Source: an uncultured Planctomycetia bacterium (GTDB lineage: Bacteria; Planctomycetota; Planctomycetia; Pirellulales; PALSA-1355). From it: a stretch of 64,000 bases of DNA. Below the pieces are notes generated by a model. The model was not told where the DNA came from, made no database searches, and saw only the letters and a list, made by a program, of their open reading frames with translations. Where the stretch lies: contig CAVOTX010000004.1 in assembly GCA_963699445.1 (NCBI GenBank), positions 81,219 to 145,218 of the forward strand. The letters are read 5' to 3'. Both the position numbers and the translations under genes were made by a program. Shown piece after piece: positions 54,998-64,000 of the stretch. The number at the start of each line of letters is the position of its first letter. Within the stretch, counting starts at the first letter, position 1.

Positions 54998-56330
54998 TCA
55001 ATCGCGTTCGTCGGGCTCTCTACAGTTGCGACGGGTGTCGTCGCCGCCAGGCCGCGCAGCAGCCAGGGCATGACCAACCAACAGGCGGCGGTCGTCAGCG
55101 AGCCGATGCCCACCAGCCAGTGGAACGCCGCGTGGTTGTTGTCGAGGCTCTCGCTCAGCCGGTCGTACCAATAGCCGCCCATCCATTCCGAAAGCGAAGT
55201 GCTCAGATTGCCAGCGACATCAATACGGCAAAACGGTGCCGGCGACCTCGACGGGGCAGACCTGGCCCGCCAGATCGAGTTGAATCAAGCGTGGCCACAG
55301 CGGTCGTAAAGCCGACAGCCGCACTGACGACCCGTGCCGAGAATTCGCCGCTCCATGCCCCAATACGCCGCCGTGCTGAGAATCCCCAGCACGATCGACC
55401 GTGCAACAGCAAGCGAAAGCTGATGTGCTTGCGCAGCAGCCCATACGACAGGGCTCCGGCCACGGAGCCCAGCGAAGAGATCGTCTTCAAGTTGCCGAAA
55501 AACTGCTCGGAAATCCGATGTGCCGCACCATGTGAACTTGCAGGATGGATGCCGAAAACGGATTGAAGTTCCACAAGATCAGGAACGCCGCCGCGGCCCA
55601 CAAGACCGGAATGCCGCATGCCCGGCGGAGCAGCCGCAGGTCCGGCTTAACGCGGGCGGCAGGCGACCGATGGCGATGTTCGGGCGCGAAACTGGACAGA
55701 GCACAAACAGGGCAAGCAGGCCCAACCGCAATAATAAAAGCCGAACTGCTCAATGCGATGCTCGCTCAAGAAGCCACCCAAGACGCCGGTCAGCACATGG
55801 CCGCATACATGCCGGTCCATTGCACGGCCTGCAATTGCCCGGTCCAGCCACGCGCGTTGGCCGTTTTCGATCATCAGCGCGTCGATCACCACGTCGCTAA
55901 AGGCGATGCCGCTGGCCGGCACGAACAACAGGACAACAGCAGCGTCGTGTCGGCCGGCGTCAGCCGCATCGCCGACAGGGCAAACAAGGCCCCGGCGGAC
56001 AACCACTGGTCAGCATCAAGTAGCTTTTGCGGCGATAACCAAACAGCGGAAGAAGTCGGAGATCAGCCCGTAGATCGGCTTGATCGACCAAGGCAACATG
56101 ACGATCGCCGAAAATCGGCCGATCTGCTCGTGCTCTGTCCCCACCGCATCAGCAGCGACTTGACGGGCTGGGCGATCAAACCGTCGGACGGCTCGCCGAA
56201 CCCTTGCAGGAAATAGAACAAGCCGAATAGCGTCGCCAGGGCCGCAAACGAGGGCCGACGCGACGCCGGATCGACGGTCAGGCTGGCAGCCGCGGCGAAG
56301 GATTTTGGCGGCCGGGTTACTCAAGCCATC
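54998..56330 (-). CDS. MFS transporter, folate-biopterin (BT1)-like
   Basis: The minus strand gives FGLFYFLQGFGEPSDGLIAQPVKSLLM, then FSAIVMLPWSIKPIYGLISDFF and further hydrophobic segments. At least 5 frame breaks, and both ends are approximate. Confidence 0.55.
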
Positions 56331-56587
56331 GCTCGGCGTTAGAATTCGGGGCTCGTGCCGCGTTTCGACAGGCCGAGAATCACGTTGCGTTGTAGCTTGC
56401 GGCCCTCCGCAGGGCAAGCTGGCTGCACCGTTGCGCCCGCGAAGCATTGCTAACGGGCTCGCTTATACTAACGGGCTAGCTACCGCCGGCTGCCAAACCA
56501 AAAGTCGATTTTGTCATTCCCACAGCCGACACCGCGAAGCCTCGCCATCGGATGCCGCTAATCCGAGCCTGGTCGAAACCCCTGACG

Positions 56588-57132
56588 ATGCGACGGAACC
56601 GCACGAGCCCGCACAGACCATATCGGTCGGCCTGTGGATCGGATTGCTGGTCTTGGTGGCCCTGGCATTGTACGTCCAGCGGCCGGGGCTCGCGCCGCCA
56701 GTGGCCCTGCCGCCGGAGACTCTGCCATCCGATCAGCCGGCGGCCGACGTCGATCGCCTGCTCCGCACGAAGCGTCGGTTGCGACGGGCGAAGCCTCGCG
56801 TCGCGGAGACCTGCGGTGGCCGATCCGGCGAGGGTCGAAAACGTCACGATTCGCGATCTCGACGGCCGGGTCGAGTTCCGCGGCACGGTCGACCTGGGCT
56901 CCGACGATGGCCCGCATCGAGCGCGGCGATCGGCTGCGGTTCGCCCACGACGGCAGCAAGTTTGCCAATCGCGAAGGGCGGCTGCCGCACAAGCCGGCCG
57001 GCTATTACCACGAATTCGTGCATCCCACGCCGGGTCTCTCGGGGCCGGGACCGCAGCGCAGTGATTGTCGGCCGCGAGGGCGAAGTTTATTACACGTTCG
57101 ACCATTACCAGAGTTTTCGGCGGATCAAGTGA
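56588..57132 (+). CDS. Guanyl-specific ribonuclease (RNase Sa/barnase N1/T1 superfamily) with an N-terminal membrane anchor or signal
   Basis: TM helix ISVGLWIGLLVLVALALYV. Catalytic part TMARIERGDRLRFAHDGSKFANREGRLPHKPAGYYHEFVHPTPGLSGPGPQR / [23 protein letters not shown]. The gene is spread over three frames with at least 3 breaks, and the start is approximate. Confidence 0.75.
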
Positions 57133-57543
57133 AACCTGCAAGAACCCACCGGGCGGCTTCCGTTTTGCCGACAGCTGGCCGCGGCCGACGACGCCACCGC
57201 GGGCGGCGAGCCGGCCGGCGCACTGCGTGCGGATTTCCGCCGGCGTGCGGCGGAAAGCGCGAATTGTTGGCCCAATACGACCGGTCGCTCCGATTGCCCG
57301 GATTACTTCGGCTGGAATTGGGATGCGCTCGAAGAGGTGCTTGCGCGACCTCGCCTGGCTGGCCGAGCCGCGCCGGATCGTCGTCGTGCATGCCGACGTG
57401 CCGTTGCGCCGCATGGCAAGAACCGGCCGGATTACCTGGCCCTGCTGCAGGATCTGATCGCCGAAGGTGCCGCCGCTCGTGGCGATTTTCCCACCGGCGG
57501 CCGAGGCGGATGTCGCAACCGCACTGGGGTATCGTCCAGGCTG
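57129..57543 (+). CDS. Barstar-family RNase inhibitor
   Basis: The GTG start overlaps the RNase stop (GTGA). Signature [35 protein letters not shown], assembled across at least 3 frame breaks. Confidence 0.65.
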
Positions 57544-57654
57544 ACCCAACCGCCCTGGCGAATGCGGCAAACTCCATGTAACAAGTGGGAGTTTTCGCTA
57601 GCAATGTGCCTTCCAGACCACCCGTCGGTCCACTCACGTTCAGAGTCGCGTGCC

Positions 57655-60141
57655 ATGCAAGATTTCGAAAAGCTCGGGGTGTTTTACCTCGGCAAACATT
57701 ACGATCTCGACGCCAAGAAAGTGCAAGACGAACTGCTGCTCTACGAGTCGAAGGATCTGACCACGCACGCCGTTTGCGTGGGCATGACCGGCAGCGGCAA
57801 GACGGGGCTCTGCCTCGATCTGCTGGAAGAGGCGGCCATCGACGGCATCCCGGCCATCGCCATCGACCCCAAAGGAGACCTGGGCAACCTGCTGCTGACG
57901 TTTCCCGAGCTCAAGCGCGAGCGACTTTCTGCCCTGGCTCGATCCCGGCCGACGCCCGGCGCAAGGGGCTGTCGCTCGACGAGCTGGCCGAGCAAGACCG
58001 CCAAGGGCTGGCGCGAGGGACTGGCCGCAGTGGGGACAGGAGCCGGCCCGCATCGCCCGGTTTCGCGACGCGGTCGACATGGCGATCTACACGCCGGGAG
58101 CAACGCCGGACTTGCCGCTGACCGATGCTGCGTTCGTTCGCCGCGCCCCCGCCGCACTGCTGGCCGACGGCGATGCCCTGCGCGAGCGAATCACATCGGC
58201 CGTGTCGGGCTTGCTGGCGCTGCTGGGTATCGACGCCGATCCGCTCCGCAGCCGCGAGCACATCCTGCTGTCGAACATTTTCGACGACGCCTGGCGCGGC
58301 GGCCGCGACCGTTGACCTGGGCGGCCTGATCCACGACATCCAATCGCCGCCGTTCGACAAGATCGGCGTGGTCGACGCTGGAAAGCTTCTTCCCCGCCAA
58401 GGAGCGCTTCGCTCTGGCGATGCAATCTGAACAACTTGCTGGCCTCGCCTGGCTTCGCGGCCTGGCTGACCGGCGAGCCGCTTGGACATTCAGCGGCTCC
58501 TCTACACGCCCAGCGGCAAGCCGCGATTGTCGATCATTTCGATCGCCCACCTCAGCGACTCGCGAGCGGATGTTCTTCCTGACCATTCTGCTCAATGAAA
58601 TGATCGCCTGGATGCGCACTCAATCGGGCACGTCCAGCTTGCGGGCCCTGCTCTACATGGACGAGGTGTTCGGCTATTTTCCACCCTCGGCCAACCCGCC
58701 CACCAAGACGCCGATGCTGACGCTGCTCAAGCAAGCCCGGGCGTTCGGCTTGGGAGTGGTGTTGGCCACGCAGAACCCGGTCGACCTGGACTACAAGGGG
58801 CTGTCGAACGCCGGCACCTGGTTCCTGGGCCGCTTGCAAACCGAGCGCGACAAAGCCCGGGTGCTGGACGGGCTCGAAGGGGCTTCCGCAGCGGCGGGCG
58901 CTGCGTTCGACCGCAAGCGGATGGAAAAGATTCTCTCGGCATTGGGTGCCCGGGTGTTCTTGATGAACAACGTCCACGAAGACCAGCCCGTCGTGTTCCA
59001 AAGCCGTTGGGCTCTGTCCTACCTGGGCGGACCATTGGGGCGCGACAAGATCATGGCGCTGATGGCCCCGCGGAAGGCGGCTGCCGCAGCGGCAAGTCCC
59101 GCGGCCACTGCGGCTGCCGGCGGACAACCGGCAGCCGCAGTAGCCCCGCAGTCGGCGCCGCTATCGGCCGCCACGTCGCGACCGGTGTTGCCGCCGGGGG
59201 TCGTGCAGTTTTTTCTGCCCCGGCGCGAAAAACTTGCCTCCGACAGCCGGTTGGTTTACCGTCCGGCGCTGTTGGGATCGGCCCGGGTCCACTTTGCCCA
59301 AGCCAGCACGCACGTGGACGTCTGGCGGCCCGCGGAGTTATTGTTAGCGGTCGACGGCGAGGGTGACAAGTTCGTATGGGACGACGCGCAGGCGCTCGAT
59401 GAGGCGCCGGAGTTGGATAAGGAGCCGGGCGCCGTCGCAACATTTGACTCGCTGCCGGCTGTGCTGGCCAGGCCCAAGACGTACAACGAGTTGGAATCGG
59501 CGCTCAAGGAAATGCTTTACCGGACTCGCAAATTGCAGCTCTGGCAAAGCAAGTCTCTCAAACAGGTCTCGACACCGGACGAGAGCGAGGACGGTTTTCG
59601 CGCCCGCCTGACGCAGCACGCTCGGGAGCAATGCGACGAGCAGGTGGAAAAACTGCAAACCCGTCACGACTCGACGGTCGCTGCGCTTAAAGAGAAACGG
59701 CGAAAAGCGGAACAAGCCGTGGAAAAGCAGCGATCGCAGTTCTATCAGCAACTCTATCAAACGATCTGGAAGATACTCCAAACCGTCCTCGCAGCGCTTG
59801 CGAGTCGGAAGCTGACGAGTGCCGCCAACGTGCAGCGGATGGGCACTTCGATGGGCGCAGCGGGGAAGATTTCCAAAGAACACGGCGACGTTCAGCACGC
59901 CGCCGAAACGCTCAGCTCGATCGACGAGCAGATTGCCGCCGCGGACGCGGAGTTTGAACGGGAGAAAGAGAAACTCTCGGCCGGCGTCGACTCGATTCCG
60001 CTGGAAGACGTCTCCCTGCAACCGAAAAAGTCGGACATTTCCGTGAGCCGGGTGGTGCTTGTCTGGACGCCGTACGCGATTGCCGCGGACGGCAGCCACA
60101 ACCCCTTATATCGAGTCTCCAGCGCGGCAGCGCCGGCGTGA
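57655..60141 (+). CDS. Large HerA/FtsK-like P-loop ATPase (DUF87-type) with a C-terminal coiled coil
   Basis: Starts [17 protein letters not shown]. Walker A is [14 protein letters not shown], followed by [15 protein letters not shown]. Walker B-like is [16 protein letters not shown], followed by [35 protein letters not shown]. At least 5 frame breaks between 57900 and 58560, then intact to 60141. Confidence 0.75.
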
Positions 60142-60204
60142 AATTGAACACCAAAAATGGGGATCGTCGATCAGCGCCCGGTTGATCGAATCGGCCCCCC
60201 GACC

Positions 60205-61501
60205 CTACCCCTTCCAGCCGTCGGGCAGGACGGCTCCCTTTTGCACGACGACGATGCCGTCGGCGATCATGGCTTCGGCCGGTTTCTTCGCGTTGTTTCC
60301 AGGCCGCGGTCGTTGGTCACCCGGACATTGCGGCCGATGCGGCAGTTCTTGTCGATGATCGCGCCTTCGATCACCGAATTCTCGCCGATGCCCACGGCGG
60401 GCTCGCCGGCGCGGCGCAGTCGGCCGCTTCGGCCGGCGATGTCGTAGAAGTCGGCCCCCATCAGCACGCGAGTTGCGGATCGTCACGTTCTTGCCGATGC
60501 GGCAGCGCAGGCCGATGACGCTGTTCTCGATCGCCGCGCCGGATTCGATCGTGCAGCCGTCGGCGATCAGGCTGTTGCGCACCGTGGCGCCGTCGATGCG
60601 CGAAGGGGGCAGGAACCGCGCCCGGGTGTAGATCGGCGCCTGCTGGCCGAGCCAGGTCGAACGGGCGGTCGGCGGCCGCCAAGGCCAGGTTGGCCTCGTA
60701 AAACGAGCGGATCGTGCCGATGTCTTCCCAATAGCCGTCGAACAGGTGGACCTGCACGCGGTGCGTGCGGATCGGCGGCCGGGAAAGATCTCGTTGCCGA
60801 AATCGTGATAGTCGGTCTTGGTCAGCAGGTCGACCAGCGCTGTCGCGGTTGAACAGGTAAATGCCCATGCTGGCCAGGCAGTCGCGCCCGCGGCTGGCGA
60901 TGCCGCGGGCGTCGATCCAGGCCGGGTCCATCCGCACCATGTCCATTTCCTCGTCGGTCTGCGGCTTTTCCAGAAAGCCGACCACGCGGCCCGCGTCGTC
61001 CAGCCGCATGATGCCCCATCGCTGCGGCCGTCTCGCGATCGACCGGCATGCCGGCGATCGTCACGTCGGCCTCGCTGTGCTCGATGCGTGGCCATCATTT
61101 CGTCGAAGTTCATGCGGTACAGTTGATCGCCGGAGAGAATCAGCACGTAGTCGATGTCCGGGCTGTTCGATATAGCGCAGGTTCTGCCGCACGGCGTCGG
61201 CCGTGCCTTGATACCATTCGGCGTTGTCGAGGGTCTGCTGCGCGGCCAGGATTTCGACGAAGCCGCCGCCGAACTGGTCGAACATGTACGTGCGGCGGAT
61301 GTGCCGGTGCAGGCTGACCGAGTTGAACTGCGTGAGCACGTAAATCCGGTTCAGCCCGCTGTTGATGCAGTTCGACAGCGGGATGTCGATCAGCCGGTAT
61401 TTGCCGGCCAGCGGCACGGCCGGCTTCGAGCGAAACTTGGTCAGCGGATACAGCCGCGTGCCGCGGCCGCCGCCGAGCACCAGGGTCTGAACGTGCCGCA
61501 T
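60205..61501 (-). CDS. glgC: Glucose-1-phosphate adenylyltransferase
   Basis: Starts [49 protein letters not shown]. Also [24 protein letters not shown] and GYWEDIGT, plus C-terminal left-handed beta-helix repeats. At least 6 frame breaks. Confidence 0.9.
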
Positions 61502-61585
61502 GACGTTTTCCTCGCGAGCTGCATGTATCACGGGCGGGCGTGTGCCGCGCAATGCCCGACTGGCGCCGGGGATTATCGGATGACG

Positions 61586-64000
61586 TTATTTGACGACGAA
61601 ATTGACCATTCGGCCCGGCACGACAATGACTTTGACGACGGTCTTGCCGGCCAGCAATTCGGCGATCTTCGGGTCGGCTCGGGCGGCCGCTTCCAGCGTC
61701 GGCCGTCGGCGTCGGCGGCAACCGGTGACGCTTGCCGCGGAGCTTGCCGTTGATCTGCACGGGCACCTCGATGGTGTCTTCCTTGAGCATGCCGCTTCGT
61801 CGAACGTGGGCCACGGCTCGTAGGCCAGGGTGTCGGCGTGGCCCAGCAGTTGCCACAGTTCCTCGGCCAGGTGCGGGGCCAACGGGGACAGCAGCAGCAC
61901 GAACCGCTCCATCGCCGCGCGCGGGCGCACGTCGTACTTGAGAAAAAGTTGGTGAACTCCATCATCTTGGCGATGGCCGTGTTGAACGACAGCCGCTCGA
62001 TGTCGCTGGTCACGGCCTTGATCGTCTTGTGCAGCACGCGGTTCTGCTCCGTCGTCGGCTCGACGTCTGAACGGCCGGGTTCAGTTCGAGCGCTTCGCGC
62101 GCGCTCGTCGATGATCATCCGCCACACGCGGTCGAGGAAGCCGCGCACGCCGCTGACGCCCGTCCATGCTCCACGGCTTGGTGGCCTCCAGCGGGCCCAT
62201 GAACATCTCGTACAGCCGCAGCGCGTCGGCCCCGTATTCCCGCACCACCTCGTCCGGATTGACCACGTTGCCGCGGGCTTTCGACATCTTCTAGGACGCG
62301 GCTTTCGAGCCGGACGTCCGTCGTGATCGTCGGAGCACGAAGCTTTCGCCGCTGTTTTTCGCGCCTGCTCGACGGCCACGCGCATGGCACGCGCCGGCTC
62401 GCCGATGCGCGTATTCGCGGGTGCGCGTCGTCGCTCGGCGTCGACCAGCGCGGTGCTGATCCAAGTGCCATTGGACGCTTGATAGCCGGTGATTCAATTT
62501 CGCCGAGGATCATTCCCTGGTTCACCAGCTTCTGAAACGGCTCGGACGTGCTGACTGCCCTCGGTCGAAGAGCACCTTGTGCCAGAAGCGGGCATAGAGC
62601 AGGTGCAGCACGGCGTGTTCCGCGCCGCCGACGTACAGATCGACCGGCATCCAGGCCCGCTCGACCTCGCGGATCGACCAACGCCTTGTCATTCTTCGGA
62701 TCGAGGAACCGCAGGTAGTACCAGCACGAGCCGGCCCATTGCGGCATGGTGTTCGTTTCGCGCTTGTAGCGCTTGCCGTCAAGCGTGACGAAAAGCCAAT
62801 CGGCCGGGGCCTTGTCCAACGGCGGGTCGGGCTGCCGTGCGATTTGAAGTCCGTTATCTCGGGCAGGTCCACCGGCAAGTCCTCGGCCGGCACGACGCGC
62901 ATCCGGCCGGTCGGCTGCCCGCCGGCGTCCAGCTCGTGCAAGATCGGAAACGGCTCGCCCCAGAAATGCTGCCGGCTGAAGAGCCAATCGCGGAGCTTGT
63001 AGTTCACCGCCTCGCGGCCCAGGCCCCCGGCCGCCAGGTCGTCGGCGATGTGCCGCTTGAACTCCTCGGTGGGAAGTCCGTCGTAGCGGGCCGGAGTTGA
63101 TGGCCGTCCCGTCGCCGGCGAAGACGGCTGCTGCCGGCCAGCACCGCGTCCGCGGTCGCACGCCCGCCTCCTCGCCCGGATCAACGACCGGCGACGATGG
63201 GCAGATCGAACTGCCGGGCAAATTCGAAATCGCGGGTATCGTGCGCCGGCACGGCCATGATCGCGCCGGTGCCGTAGCTCGCCAGCACGTAATCGGCAAT
63301 CCAGATTGGAACCGGCTCGCCGTTGACCGGGTTGACGGCGTAGGAGCCGGTGAAGACGCCGGTCTTTTCCTTGGCCAGATCGGTCCGGTCGAGGTCGCTC
63401 TTGCGGGCCGATTGCTGGCAGTAGGCCCGGACCGCCTCGGCCTGCTCGGGCGTGGTCAGCCGCTCGACAAACGGATGCTCCGGGGCGCACGACCATGTAG
63501 GTGGCGCCGAACAGCGTGTCGGGCCGGGTGGTGTAGACCCGCAGCACCTCGTCCCCGGCTTGCGGGGGGAAACCGGGTTCGGCGCCGCTCGTTTTTCCAG
63601 GCCTCGAACTAGGTCCTGCGCGGCTTGCCGCCGGTGCCCGCGCTGCCCGACGCCGATGTAGAAATCGACCTCGGCGCCGGTGCTGCGGCCGATCCAATTC
63701 CGCTGCAGGAGCTTGATGCTTTCGGGCCAATCGAGGCCGTCGAGGTCCTTTTCAGCCGGTCGGCGTAGGCCGTGATCCGCAGCATCCACTGCCGCAGCGG
63801 AATGCGGACCACCGGATGACCGCCGCGCTCGCTCACCCCGCCGGTGACCTCTTCGTTGGCCAGCACCGTCCCCAAGGCCGGGCACCAGTTGACCGGGGCC
63901 TCGGATTGATAGGCCAGGCGATGCTCGATCGCGGTAGCGATCGACCGCGTCTGCGCCGGCGGCGGCGATCTCGGCCGGAATCGGCAGTTCGGCGATCGGC
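61586..64000 (-). CDS. leuS: Leucyl-tRNA synthetase; the N-terminus lies beyond the window end
   Basis: [16 protein letters not shown] (KMSKS motif), [66 protein letters not shown] and the C-terminus [15 protein letters not shown]. At least 9 frame breaks. Confidence 0.9.

Noticed and set aside
57655-60141. HerA/FtsK-like ATPase as a conjugative coupling protein or T4SS component
   Set aside because: No relaxase, VirB-like or other transfer genes are present in the flanks, and there is no N-terminal TM anchor typical of VirD4/TraD.
61586-64000. leuS (and likewise glgC, ppa, greA, treZ) as true pseudogenes
   Set aside because: Essential genes are broken only by frame slips, with otherwise perfect conserved motifs. 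The same pattern occurs across the window, which fits assembly indels better than decay.

Overview
GC-rich bacterial chromosome segment (roughly two-thirds G+C by eye) that looks planctomycetal. Supporting signs: three DUF1559-type proteins with prepilin-like N-termini ([33 protein letters not shown]), a giant secreted PKD-repeat protein starting with an LE-x-RR-x-L motif, a PEP-CTERM protein, and many Sec/TAT-signal proteins. I can support about 50 protein-coding genes on both strands. I found no rRNA, tRNA, CRISPR array, transposase, integrase or phage genes. Recognisable housekeeping genes are leuS (partial), glgC, treZ, ppa, greA, yggS and ogt. A major caveat is that most genes, including essential ones, are broken into several reading frames. 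I read these breaks as assembly indels, not pseudogenes, so I annotated genes across them and many coordinates are approximate. The most interesting locus is 10.5-18.3 kb. It is a divergent unit with a TolC-like outer-membrane lipoprotein on one strand. The other strand carries an operon of three membrane-fusion (HlyD-type) proteins: one fused to two GAF-like domains, and one fused to a PqqD/RRE-like domain plus an M50 site-2 protease. No ABC, RND or MFS pump is present. A Shine-Dalgarno-preceded 26-codon ORF sits in the divergent intergenic region. Other notable loci are a secreted RNase/barstar pair followed by a large HerA/FtsK-like ATPase, and an SbtA-SbtB-like module with a tandem RHH-like protein. 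There is also a convergent pair of ankyrin-repeat proteins and a ~2170-aa PKD-repeat protein with seven almost identical 318-nt repeats.
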